The notes under the pieces were generated by a model. That model was not told the DNA's origin and searched no databases. It saw only the letters and a program-made list of their open reading frames with translations. The position numbers and the translations under genes are program-made. Positions 18,148 through 26,569 of a stretch of 64,000 nt of DNA are shown piece after piece; position 1 is the stretch's first letter, and the number at the start of each line of letters is the position of its first letter. Source of the DNA: a bacterium. Lineage in GTDB: Bacteria > UBA10199 > 2-02-FULL-44-16 > JAAZCA01. The stretch spans positions 12,875 to 76,874 of the forward strand of contig JBAZOP010000004.1 of NCBI GenBank assembly GCA_041648665.1, written 5' to 3'.

Positions 18148-18360
18148 TTACCTCTTTCGATATTCCAATATATCGTCCAGCCGACAACCAAAAACAGTGC
18201 AGACCTTATCAAGCACATCAGTGCAGACATTGTAATCTTTATGATTCTTTGCCTTTATCAGCAAAGCGGCTGTGTTAGGGCTTACACCCGCTGCATCCGC
18301 AAGCCGCCTCGCTGAAAACCCCTTTGATTTAGCCATATTACCTATTTTATATTTAATCAT
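18148..18360 (-). CDS. XRE-family HTH transcriptional regulator
   Basis: 70-aa ORF with an HTH_3-like core (KGFSARRLADAAGVSPNTAALLIK). There is no Shine-Dalgarno before the ATG, which sits about 8 nt from a -10-like TATATA, so the transcript may be leaderless. Confidence 0.75.
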   Translation of the reverse strand: MIKYKIGNMAKSKGFSARRLADAAGVSPNTAALLIKAKNHKDYNVCTDVLDKVCTVFGCRLDDILEYRKR

Positions 18361-18363
18361 AAG

Positions 18364-18424
18364 TGTCCTATATAACAGACGGTTGGCGTTGACAAGTTAT
18401 TCCAGGTGTCCTATATAAAGGACA
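18364..18424. promoter_or_regulatory. divergent promoter/operator region with two related 18-bp palindromic sites
   Basis: Site A is TGTCCTATATAACAGACG (18364-18381). Site B is TGTCCTATATAAAGGACA (18407-18424). GTGTCCTATATAA is repeated exactly. A TTGACA (18389-18394), 17 nt, TATATA (18412-18417) promoter faces the recombinase and overlaps site B. Confidence 0.55.
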
Positions 18425-18439
18425 TATGGAGGGACAAAT

Positions 18440-19006
18440 ATGAAGATTGCAATCTATTGCCGTGTTTCAACCGAAGATCAGAAAGCCGACCTTCAGCTCG
18501 ATGCCCTTCGCCAATATGCCAAGGCCCGGGGGCTTGAGGTACATAAGGAATATGTTGACCATATCAGCGGGGCCAAGGAGAGCCGCCCTGCCCTCGATGA
18601 GATGCTTGCCGATGCCAGGCGCGGGAGGATCGGCGCGGTCTGCGTGTGGAAAATTGACAGGCTTGGCCGCTCAGTCTCCCATCTCCTTAAGGTCCTGTCC
18701 GAGCTGCAAGCCCTTGGGGTTGCATTTGTGAGCCTTCAAGAGGCAATCGACACGGCCACGCCTGCGGGTCGCATGGTTTTTACCTTCCTTGGGGCCGTGG
18801 CGGAATTTGAGCGGGCGATTATAGCGGAGAGGGTCAAGGCAGGGATGAAGGCAGCCAAGAGCCGAGGGAAGCATTGCGGACGCCCGAAGGCCAGCCTTGA
18901 CCTCAGCCTTGCCCGTCAACTCCGCTCTGAGGGCAAATCCTTGCGCCAGGTGGCTGCTCTCGCTGGGGTCTCGACTGCCACGCTTTCAAGAGCACTCGCG
19001 GCATAA
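18440..19006 (+). CDS. serine recombinase (resolvase/invertase family)
   Basis: The N-terminus is MKIAIYCRVSTEDQ, containing the catalytic Ser. It also has VWKIDRLGRS and a C-terminal HTH (KSLRQVAALAGVSTATLSRAL). GGAGGG lies 6 nt upstream of the ATG. Confidence 0.9.
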   Translation: MKIAIYCRVSTEDQKADLQLDALRQYAKARGLEVHKEYVDHISGAKESRPALDEMLADARRGRIGAVCVWKIDRLGRSVSHLLKVLSELQALGVAFVSLQEAIDTATPAGRMVFTFLGAVAEFERAIIAERVKAGMKAAKSRGKHCGRPKASLDLSLARQLRSEGKSLRQVAALAGVSTATLSRALAA

Positions 19007-19030
19007 GGACGGCCAGCCTGATAAAGAAAC

Positions 19031-19060
19031 GCCCCGCCATCGAGCGGGGCTTTCTTGTTT
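19031..19060 (+). terminator. rho-independent terminator downstream of the serine recombinase
   Basis: Hairpin GCCCCGC-catcga-GCGGGGC followed by TTTCTTGTTT. Confidence 0.7.
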
Positions 19061-19156
19061 CAAAAGGGTCCCTAAAACCGAGCCTCAAACTCCCTGTAAT
19101 TACGCACCCTCAATCGGGCTGTTTCGCTGTCTCAAAAGGTGAAGGTTTTGAAATCT

Positions 19157-19630
19157 CTAAGGACCCATTAAGTCTAAAACTTGTCTCTCATATTCACAGG
19201 ATGAAATGATAGCGTCCTTATTGATTAATGATCGAGCTTTCAAAATCCAATACCTTAACCAATGAATACGCGTTTCAAAAAGATTTTCTGATAATTTTCT
19301 ATAAAGGGGTGAATAAGTACCGTCGGCCATTCCAGCAGAAATTATTTGATCCTTTTCAAGGCATGTCCAGTTATCCGCGTCATAAATGGAGCAGTTCTGA
19401 TAGGTAATCGAACCAATTGAATCTATTTTCTTCGTGACAACTTGCCCTACTGGATAAATTTTATACTCATGCTTTTCCGGGCCTTCCATTAACAACCTAA
19501 CCTTAACGGGTCGGCTAGATGTTCGATCACATACAATTACATAAACGGTTTTCTCATGTGCAATATCGCAACCAGCACTAAGAGCAATGCACACTATTAC
19601 AATCAAACCTAACGCCAAGTGAATCTTCAT
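19157..19630 (-). CDS. putative lipoprotein, function unknown (AT-rich cargo)
   Basis: 157-aa ORF with signal peptide and lipobox (MKIHLALGLIVIVCIALSAGC). Confidence 0.55.
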   Translation of the reverse strand: MKIHLALGLIVIVCIALSAGCDIAHEKTVYVIVCDRTSSRPVKVRLLMEGPEKHEYKIYPVGQVVTKKIDSIGSITYQNCSIYDADNWTCLEKDQIISAGMADGTYSPLYRKLSENLFETRIHWLRYWILKARSLINKDAIISSCEYERQVLDLMGP

Positions 19631-19663
19631 AATATATTTTTCCCAATTCCTTTCCGTTGATAG

Positions 19664-20029
19664 CTATTTCTTACAAGGAAATTTTTCTTTTAAAGAAAGC
19701 AGCACGCCAGAACGAGCAGGTGTTTTTTTCTCCTTGGGATACTTTTGCAGCCATTTCGAAAATATTCCGATTGCATCGTCAACGGATACCCCACTGTTAG
19801 GCATGCAGATGAATCGGCTCTGAGGATAGAGGTCGGACGTGATCCTGTTACCATCGATAACACCGTCAATATATGTGGCGCAATATACATCGGATATGAG
19901 AGCTTTAGGATCGGAGGGCGCTTTCCCCAACTTGTGACATTCGTCATAAAGTTCGCCTGCGGTTTTATCACCCGCAAAAGCAACGCTTGATAAAGACAAA
20001 ATCAATCCAGCAATAAGTATTATTTTCAT
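19664..20029 (-). CDS. secreted Rap1a/Tai4-like (type VI amidase immunity-like) protein
   Basis: The start at MKIILIAGLILSLSSVAFA gives a signal peptide. The pattern GELYDEC...YCATYIDGVIDG...FICMP..VSVDDAIGIFSKWLQKYPE...LLSLKEKFPC matches the conserved Cys and spacing layout of Rap1a-family immunity proteins as I recall it. Confidence 0.55.
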   Translation of the reverse strand: MKIILIAGLILSLSSVAFAGDKTAGELYDECHKLGKAPSDPKALISDVYCATYIDGVIDGNRITSDLYPQSRFICMPNSGVSVDDAIGIFSKWLQKYPKEKKTPARSGVLLSLKEKFPCKK

Positions 20030-20106
20030 AATCTCCCTCCAATGAAATTGACAAGTCAACTAATCATGACGGTCAAATAGGGTCAATAAAATACGTCTTT
20101 TGTGGC

Positions 20107-20382
20107 GTGGTGCAAAAAGACGCATCAAGGCAATGGATAGCCCCAATGGCTATCCGACTGACAGATAAGGAAATTGAGAGATTCTTTAAGCGCCTCGGCC
20201 AACGCGTGCGGAAGCTTCGCATGGATCAGGGCTTGGTTCAAGAGGACATGCTGTCCCATGGCTTTTCTACGCGTCATTATCAGCGGATCGAGGCAGGCCT
20301 GCCCATAAATCTGAAGACAGCATATAGGCTTTGCAAGGTTTTCGGTATCTCTATATCTGAATTATTTGAAGGGCTAGAATAA
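20107..20382 (+). CDS. XRE-family HTH regulator
   Basis: 91-aa ORF with GQRVRKLRMDQGLVQEDMLSHGFSTRHYQRIEAG, an HTH_3-like segment. An alternative Met lies at 20146. Confidence 0.65.
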   Translation: MVQKDASRQWIAPMAIRLTDKEIERFFKRLGQRVRKLRMDQGLVQEDMLSHGFSTRHYQRIEAGLPINLKTAYRLCKVFGISISELFEGLE

Positions 20383-20709
20383 AGTCGGCTCTCCGTCCAT
20401 CGTTTCTTGTAATGACTGCCACTCATTAAAAAGCTGTCTTAGTTGGCGAGCCTCATTTCTTGCCTCTCTTGAATAATGGCCGTGCTTCAAATGCGCCCGC
20501 CTGATCCGCTCCAACCCCTCGGGAGTCCGGGGGCCTGTGCTGCACCCGCCGTGCATCCGACACCGCCCGTTGCGCATGGCAGGCCCCATGCAGGAAGTCC
20601 CTCGCCTTGTCTTTGCGCCGCATCTGGGAGCTTTTGAAAAGTCCCCCGGCAAATTCCCGTTTTTCAGCCAGCCCCGCCGCTGGGCATGGGGTTTATCCGC
20701 CCTTTCCAT
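20374..20709 (-). CDS. HGGxSTG-motif small protein (zinc-ribbon-like), typical of integrative elements
   Basis: The sequence CGAKTRRGTSCMGPAMRNGRCRMHGGCSTGPRTPEGLERIRRAHLKHGHYS carries the diagnostic HGGxSTG motif. Confidence 0.7.
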   Translation of the reverse strand: MERADKPHAQRRGWLKNGNLPGDFSKAPRCGAKTRRGTSCMGPAMRNGRCRMHGGCSTGPRTPEGLERIRRAHLKHGHYSREARNEARQLRQLFNEWQSLQETMDGEPTLF

Positions 20710-21334
20710 GCTTGACCCCTCCCCCCTCCCCTATGAGTCCGACAATCGCCTGACCGCCTTCGTTGACGTGGACGTGCTCGACAATGACCTTTTGCTGGCC
20801 TTGCCCTCGATAACGGTTGAGGGCCTCGATCTGGGCTGTGAAGGTCCGCATGAGTTTCGTGGCCCTGGAGATGTTGGCGTCAACGCCATCACAGGTCTGC
20901 CCCTCCAACATTGCCCTTGCCATGAAAGTCATTGCCAGATTGTGAGTCCCGACCATTTGCACGGCAAGCATCCCCTCCAATTCATCCTTAGGCTTAATGC
21001 CGTGCAATGCGGCGAGGGCGATATTACATCTGTCAACCTTTGGCATCTCTCGGTACGGTACAGTTCGTTGTGCCTGATCTAGGAATACTCCCGACAAATC
21101 ACCGTCAATAGTCCCAGTTGCTTCAACAAGGGCCATATAATCGCAGGAATTGTCAATCCGCGTCACGTCCTTATCGTCGCCTGCCTTGCGACTTAGCTTG
21201 GGCGGCTTGGGTGCTTCCCTCACCCGGCGAACAAAGGCCGCCATGCGGGCAATCTCTGCACTGGAAGGAGACGCGGCCAGCTCAGTGTTTTGCTCCACCG
21301 CTGCCAAAGTTATTTGATCGTTAGTCGCTTTCAA
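20693..21334 (-). CDS. hypothetical protein commonly paired with HGGxSTG proteins
   Basis: 213-aa ORF overlapping the downstream HGGxSTG gene by 17 nt. Its conserved-looking C-terminus is KLMRTFTAQIEALNRYRGQGQQKVIVEHVHVNEGGQAIVG. Confidence 0.6.
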   Translation of the reverse strand: MKATNDQITLAAVEQNTELAASPSSAEIARMAAFVRRVREAPKPPKLSRKAGDDKDVTRIDNSCDYMALVEATGTIDGDLSGVFLDQAQRTVPYREMPKVDRCNIALAALHGIKPKDELEGMLAVQMVGTHNLAMTFMARAMLEGQTCDGVDANISRATKLMRTFTAQIEALNRYRGQGQQKVIVEHVHVNEGGQAIVGLIGEGGGVKHGKGG

Positions 21335-21377
21335 TTTATGGCCCCCACTTTCTCATTCGCATCTATCCCAAAAAGCA

Positions 21378-21410
21378 AAAAGGCTGGGCTCAAATTGGCC
21401 TCAGCCTTTT
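21378..21410. terminator. strong hairpin with A-run/T-run flanks (bidirectional terminator downstream of tRNA-Gly GCC)
   Basis: AAAAGGCTGGGCT-caaatt-GGCCTCAGCCTTTT. It lies between the island's last gene and the tRNA 3' end. Confidence 0.6.
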
Positions 21411-21440
21411 CTAACTTCCTGATTTTTTTCTACATCTTTG

Positions 21441-21512
<72 letters not shown>

Positions 21513-21567
21513 AAGTTTTCAATGTCTAAAAAAAGCTGCGGGGGTTTATCATCGCCCCCAAACCATG

Positions 21568-22161
21568 TCAAGCGACCGCGGGCTTTCGCCTGAGCCCGTT
21601 AAAAAATCCGGCCGCATAATGAATACCTGAGCCGATCGAAAGGATGACGGAGGGCAGCATGAACGCCCATCCTATGAGCCTCCAGTCGATGCCGAAGAAC
21701 GGATAGTGCGCCAGCAGCCCGACGCAGGCCACCGTGGTGAATACAGCCTTGTACTTGCCCCAGTGGCTCGCGGCGATCACGACCCCCTCGTCGATGGCGA
21801 TCCCGCGCAGCGCCGTCACGGTGACTTCGCGCACGAGGAAGACGACCGCCAGCCAGGCCGGCAGCCTGCCGAGCGGTATCATCATGATCACAGGGACGAG
21901 GAAGAGAAGTTTGTCGGCGAGCGGATCCAGGAATTTGCCGAAAGTGCTGGAGATCCCCCTCTTCCTGGCCAGATAACCGTCGAGCATGTCCGAACACATG
22001 GCCACTGTGAAGAAGAGGGCTGCGGTGAATGAGAGCTGTCTGTTGAGGCGAATGCCCGGATCAGAGTCGTCGAGAAAGAGCATGAGCACAAATATGACCG
22101 GCACGGCGAGCAGCCTCGCCATGGTTATCCAGTTAGGCAGGTTGAGATAAGCTCCGGACAA
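21568..22161 (-). CDS. pgsA: CDP-diacylglycerol--glycerol-3-phosphate 3-phosphatidyltransferase
   Basis: Carries the CDP-alcohol phosphatidyltransferase signature [27 protein letters not shown]. The 197-aa protein is polytopic. Confidence 0.85.
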   Translation of the reverse strand: MSGAYLNLPNWITMARLLAVPVIFVLMLFLDDSDPGIRLNRQLSFTAALFFTVAMCSDMLDGYLARKRGISSTFGKFLDPLADKLLFLVPVIMMIPLGRLPAWLAVVFLVREVTVTALRGIAIDEGVVIAASHWGKYKAVFTTVACVGLLAHYPFFGIDWRLIGWAFMLPSVILSIGSGIHYAAGFFNGLRRKPAVA

Positions 22162-22253
22162 GCGCCCTCCCCACGAGCCTGAAGGCTGTATGCCCTGCCC
22201 GCCGTTTTGTCAAAGAGATTGTAAAGCCCGGATATCTCTGGTACTTACCGCGC

Positions 22254-23828
22254 GTGGAGAACAACTACGATTATCTCGTCATAGGCAGCGGGATCGCGGG
22301 GCTGACCTTTGCCTTGACCGTCGCGGAGAGCGGGTCGGTCGCCCTTCTCGCCAAGCGCGAGGTTGAGGAGACCGCGACCACATATGCCCAGGGCGGCATC
22401 GCCGCGGTGGTCAGCGAGGCCGATTCCTTCGAAAGCCACATACAGGACACCCTTTCCGCAGGGGACGGGCTCTGCAAGGAGCAGGTGGTGAAGGATGTGG
22501 TGCGCGACGGACCCACCCAGGCGCGAAGACTGGTGGACTGGGGCGTGCGCTTCACGCAGGGCGAGAAATGGCCCTTCGACCTCACGAAAGAGGGCGGGCA
22601 CAGCCACCGGAGGATCCTCCACGCCGGCGACACAACCGGCCGCGAGATCGAAAACGCGCTGCTAAAGGCCCTATCAGCACACAAGAACGTCTCGATATTC
22701 GAGCACCACATAGCGGTCAACCTGGTCACCGCAGGCAAGCGCTGCATCGGCGCCTACGTTCTGGATATAAAGAAGGGAAAGATAAAGCCGTTCGCCGCGC
22801 GCACGGTCGTGCTCGCGACCGGCGGCGCAGGCAAGGTCTACCTGTACACCTCCAACCCCGACGTCGCCTCCGGCGACGGGATCGCCATGGCATACAGGGC
22901 CGGCGCGGCGGTCGCAAACCTGGAGTTCGTGCAGTTCCATCCCACGTGTCTCTATCATCCCAAGGCGAAGTCCTTCCTCATATCCGAATCGGTGCGCGGC
23001 GAGGGGGCCGCGCTCACATTGAAGAGCGGCGAGCCTTTCATGCAGAAATACGACGAGCGCGGGGACCTCGCCACGCGCGACGTCGTGGCCCGCGCGATCG
23101 ACGCGGAGCTCAAGCGCACGGGCGACGATTACGTCTATTTGGATGCGCGCGCCCTCGGCGCGGACTATCTGAGGGAGCGCTTCCCCAACATCCTGGAGAC
23201 GTGCCTGGACTTCGGCATAGACATCACGAAGGAGCCGATACCCGTGGTCCCGGCGGCCCACTACTTCTGCGGCGGCGTCGCCTGCGACATCGAGGGGAGG
23301 ACGAACGTTGACGGGCTCCTGGTCTGCGGCGAGAGCGCATGCACCGGGCTTCACGGCGCGAACCGGCTGGCCTCCAACTCGCTGCTCGAGGCAGTGGTCC
23401 TCTCGACCAGGGCCGCGAAGGCCGCCATCCTCAGGCTCTCCGAAGAAAAGGATAGGCTGCCCCCGATACCCCCGTGGGACCCGGGCGGAGCCACGGACTC
23501 CGACGAGGAGGTCGTGATCACTCAGAACTGGGACGAGATACGCCGGACCATGTGGAACTACGTGGGCGTCGTCCGATCCGACAAGAGGCTCATCAGGGCG
23601 AAGAACAGGATCATCCTCCTCAAGAAGGAAATCGACGAGTACTACTGGAACTTCACGGTCACCTCAAACCTGGTGGAGCTGAGGAACATAGCGCTCGTGG
23701 CGGAGCTCATCATAAGATCCGCCCTCGCGCGCAAGGAGAGCCGGGGCCTGCATTTCACCATCGATCACCCGGAAAAGAAGGACAAGTTCAGGAAGGACAC
23801 GATCCTCAAAAGGTCTTTCAGAAGATAG
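22254..23828 (+). CDS. nadB: L-aspartate oxidase
   Basis: FAD fingerprint [13 protein letters not shown], then HYFCGGV and [10 protein letters not shown] motifs. 524 aa with a GTG start. Confidence 0.9.
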   Translation: MENNYDYLVIGSGIAGLTFALTVAESGSVALLAKREVEETATTYAQGGIAAVVSEADSFESHIQDTLSAGDGLCKEQVVKDVVRDGPTQARRLVDWGVRFTQGEKWPFDLTKEGGHSHRRILHAGDTTGREIENALLKALSAHKNVSIFEHHIAVNLVTAGKRCIGAYVLDIKKGKIKPFAARTVVLATGGAGKVYLYTSNPDVASGDGIAMAYRAGAAVANLEFVQFHPTCLYHPKAKSFLISESVRGEGAALTLKSGEPFMQKYDERGDLATRDVVARAIDAELKRTGDDYVYLDARALGADYLRERFPNILETCLDFGIDITKEPIPVVPAAHYFCGGVACDIEGRTNVDGLLVCGESACTGLHGANRLASNSLLEAVVLSTRAAKAAILRLSEEKDRLPPIPPWDPGGATDSDEEVVITQNWDEIRRTMWNYVGVVRSDKRLIRAKNRIILLKKEIDEYYWNFTVTSNLVELRNIALVAELIIRSALARKESRGLHFTIDHPEKKDKFRKDTILKRSFRR

Positions 23829-23829
23829 G

Positions 23830-24393
23830 TCAGCGGATATTCCATTTCACCGTCGATGCGCCGACGACGCTCATGATCGTAAGCTCAATCTCGTTTCCCA
23901 ATGGGACCTTCGGGAAGGTGACCCTGTATCCCCTCGACCACCTGTCGAGGTAAGGGAACATCTTCCGCTCGTACGGAGTGATCTGCAGCTTCTCCACGAG
24001 CATCGGCTTTACGACTTCCCCGTCGCCGGTCTTGAGCTCGATGCGCCAGAACGAATCCTCATAGGTCGAGAAATCCTTATACTCATCCTTGGTGTACATC
24101 GACACGAAGAAATCCCAGCCTTCGCCGTGGCGCTGGCCCTGCTCCATCTCAAAGCGCTCGGCGTCTATCGGGTCGAGATGCTTTATCTTCCGGTGCTGTT
24201 TTTTGAAGACTTCGCGGAACGCGTCGTCGAAGAATGTCGCGTGCCAGATGAGCTCTGCGTCCCAAGCGCTGGTATGATAGATGCGGCCGGTCTTCGTCAT
24301 CTTGTTGAGATCCCACCGGTACCCGGCCTGCGAGGCTGACGGCGCCAAAAACAGGACCAACGCTATCGCTGCGCATGTGAGACGTCTTGACAT
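23830..24393 (-). CDS. secreted hypothetical protein
   Basis: 187-aa ORF with a signal peptide (MSRRLTCAAIALVLFLAPSASQA). It overlaps the end of the upstream hydrolase gene by 31 nt. Confidence 0.5.
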   Translation of the reverse strand: MSRRLTCAAIALVLFLAPSASQAGYRWDLNKMTKTGRIYHTSAWDAELIWHATFFDDAFREVFKKQHRKIKHLDPIDAERFEMEQGQRHGEGWDFFVSMYTKDEYKDFSTYEDSFWRIELKTGDGEVVKPMLVEKLQITPYERKMFPYLDRWSRGYRVTFPKVPLGNEIELTIMSVVGASTVKWNIR

Positions 24394-25283
24394 ACCTCGA
24401 TCCTCCCGCCCAGATGATATTGATTGCCGTGCGCGGATATCGTCCGCGCCCTCTCATAGATCCAGTCGCGCATATCCCTCGCGACCTCCTGCCAGCCGTG
24501 ATCGTGCAACAGGTCGTGTGACATGCCGTCGTAGACCTTGCACGCCTTGTCGATCGAGCTGGCGCGCGCGGCGAACCACGAACTCGCCTGCGGGTCGCAT
24601 ACGCGATCGGCCGTGCCGGCGAGCATGAGCAGCGGCTCGTGCAGCCTGTGCGGCATGCCGCCCACCAGCCCCGCGTTCCTCTCGATCTCGAGACCTGCCG
24701 CGATGGAGAGCCTGGTGTGGAACAAGGGGTCCCTGGCCAGCGCCTCGACCTCTTCGGCTTCCCTCGTGAGATCAGCAAGCTTTACGCCGCTCTGTATGGT
24801 GAACCACGGAGCCACGGCGGAGAGCCTCGTCGCCACCTTCCTCTTCCAGCCGGGGATATTCACCGTCGGCTGCAGCGCAGCTGAAATCGTAACGATTCCT
24901 GCGATCCTCGCGGCATGCGTCAGGACGTAATTGATAGAGATCAGCGCGCCGAGGCTCTGACCCACGATGAAGATGGGCGTTTCAAGAGAGACGGCCGAAG
25001 AGGAGAACTGCACGAACGCGGCCAAGTCATCGACCCATTCGTTGAAGCGCTCGACGTGGCCCCTCCTCCCTTCGCTGAGGCCGTGCCCGCGTTGATCGTA
25101 CATTGCGACCGCTATGCCTGCGTCGGAGAACGCCTGCACGAGCCTCGAGTACCTGCCGCAGTGATCGCCCAGCCCGTGGACATATACGACGAGCGCCTGC
25201 GGATCGGAGGGGATCCAGTGCTGATAGAAGTGTTTGATCCCGCCGGAGAACGTCGCGTACTTTATGGAGATATTCATCGGCAT
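24363..25283 (-). CDS. alpha/beta hydrolase (lysophospholipase/monoacylglycerol lipase-like)
   Basis: HGLGDHCGRY oxyanion region, nucleophile elbow GQSLG, and a C-terminal HD pair (MSHDLLHD). Confidence 0.8.
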   Translation of the reverse strand: MPMNISIKYATFSGGIKHFYQHWIPSDPQALVVYVHGLGDHCGRYSRLVQAFSDAGIAVAMYDQRGHGLSEGRRGHVERFNEWVDDLAAFVQFSSSAVSLETPIFIVGQSLGALISINYVLTHAARIAGIVTISAALQPTVNIPGWKRKVATRLSAVAPWFTIQSGVKLADLTREAEEVEALARDPLFHTRLSIAAGLEIERNAGLVGGMPHRLHEPLLMLAGTADRVCDPQASSWFAARASSIDKACKVYDGMSHDLLHDHGWQEVARDMRDWIYERARTISAHGNQYHLGGRIEVCQDVSHAQR

Positions 25284-25328
25284 CGCAAAATCCTGTTAAT
25301 AAATCCGTGCGGAGAATGCAACGCAAAG

Positions 25329-26396
25329 CTATTTTTCTTTTATGAATTCCCTGAGCAGTTCCTTCTGTCGCTTGCTCAGATTCTTGGGCGTCTTGACCAC
25401 GAAACGGACTATCTCGTCTCCCTTTTTGCCGCTCGACCTCAGGCGAGGGATGCCCGCCCCCTTTATGCGGATCTCATCTCCCGTCTCCGTCCCGGCCGGC
25501 ACCTTTATTTCGGCCTCGTCCTTGAGGCCGGGCACCTTTATCGTGTCGCCGAGCGCGGCCTGCGGGAATGAGATCGGCATGGTGAGGACTATGTCGTCGC
25601 CTGACCTCTCGAAGAGCTGATGCGGCGTGACGCTCACGAAAACAAAGAGGTCGCCGGCCGGCGCCCCGCGTTCCCCCTGATGTCCCTTGCCCCGGAGCAC
25701 GAGCTGCATCCCGTTCTCCACACCCGCCGGAATCTTCACGCTTATCTTGTCGTGGCTCGGCCTGCGCCCCTCTCCCTTGCACTCCTTGCAAGGTTTCTCT
25801 ATGCGCTCGCCCTCTCCGCGGCACTCCGGACAGGTGGTCTGGATCATGAAGAAGCCCTGTCGCTGCATGATGGCTCCGCTGCCGCCGCAAGCCCTGCAGC
25901 TCTCCCTCTTCGAACCCGGCTCCTGGCCGCTGCCGCCGCAGACCTCGCAGAGCGCCACGCGCGAGATCGATATCTCCTTCTCCACGCCCTCCGCCGCTTC
26001 CATGAAAGATATCGTGAGGTCGTACCTCATGTCGGCGCCGGCGCGCGCCCTCCTCCTGCCGCCCCTTCCGCTCCGGAAGCCGAAGTCCGCCATGGAGCCG
26101 AAGAACTCCTCGAAGATGTCCCCCATCGAACCGAAGATGTCGCCGATGTCCGTGAACCCGTGGAACCCGGCGCCGGCGAGCCCCTCGTGGCCGTAGGCGT
26201 CGTATATCTGCCTGCGCCTGGAATCCGAAAGCACCTCGTAGGCCTCGGAGGCCTCCTTGAACCTCTCCTCTGCGGCAGGATCAGGGTTCCGGTCAGGGTG
26301 AAAATCGAGCGCGAGCTTGCGATAGGCCTTCTTGATGTCGGCATCGCCCGCGCTGCGCGCGACCCCCAGAACTTCGTAGTAGTCCCTCTTGATCAT
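25329..26396 (-). CDS. dnaJ: molecular chaperone DnaJ
   Basis: J domain (DYYEVLGV...HPDRN), a Gly-rich linker, and four CxxCxGxG zinc-finger repeats ([32 protein letters not shown]). Confidence 0.9.
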   Translation of the reverse strand: MIKRDYYEVLGVARSAGDADIKKAYRKLALDFHPDRNPDPAAEERFKEASEAYEVLSDSRRRQIYDAYGHEGLAGAGFHGFTDIGDIFGSMGDIFEEFFGSMADFGFRSGRGGRRRARAGADMRYDLTISFMEAAEGVEKEISISRVALCEVCGGSGQEPGSKRESCRACGGSGAIMQRQGFFMIQTTCPECRGEGERIEKPCKECKGEGRRPSHDKISVKIPAGVENGMQLVLRGKGHQGERGAPAGDLFVFVSVTPHQLFERSGDDIVLTMPISFPQAALGDTIKVPGLKDEAEIKVPAGTETGDEIRIKGAGIPRLRSSGKKGDEIVRFVVKTPKNLSKRQKELLREFIKEK

Positions 26397-26569
26397 ATCG
26401 AGTCCCCGCGCATATCAGCCGGCAGTTCAATCGTCAACATATTGACAATCCTCTCAAATAGAGAATCGTTTCTCATCTTAATTGCTTGTTTTATAATATT
26501 TTTTATCTAAATGCTATGGCACGCGCTTTGCTTAAGATATAATCGGTGGCAAAACCAAGAGGTGAATTT

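Larger units (their letters stand above)
12985..21377. mobile_element. integrated genomic island (possibly composite or decayed) between two convergent tRNA-Gly genes
   Basis: A tyrosine integrase lies 90 nt from the tRNA 3' end. The region also holds an excisionase, a P-loop replication-type ATPase, a serine recombinase, several XRE/Cro regulators and orphan genes. The central segment is visibly AT-richer. Exact att borders were not identified. Confidence 0.7.

Noticed and set aside
18364-18424. Interpreting the TGTCCTATA-type palindromes as a Tn3/gamma-delta-like res site for the serine recombinase.
   Set aside because: The half-site resembles TGTCYNNTA, but the outer ends are only 18 bp apart. 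Resolvase subsites are about 28, 34 and 25 bp. No third subsite or distant partner site was found, so an operator function for the XRE protein is more economical. This is not excluded.
19140-19150. 11-nt identity (TGAAGGTTTTG) between the island (19140-19150) and the RAYT-associated tandem repeat (39169-39179).
   Set aside because: It is a single 11-mer match with no flanking similarity. This is compatible with chance given the many comparisons, so it is not evidence that REP units invaded the island.
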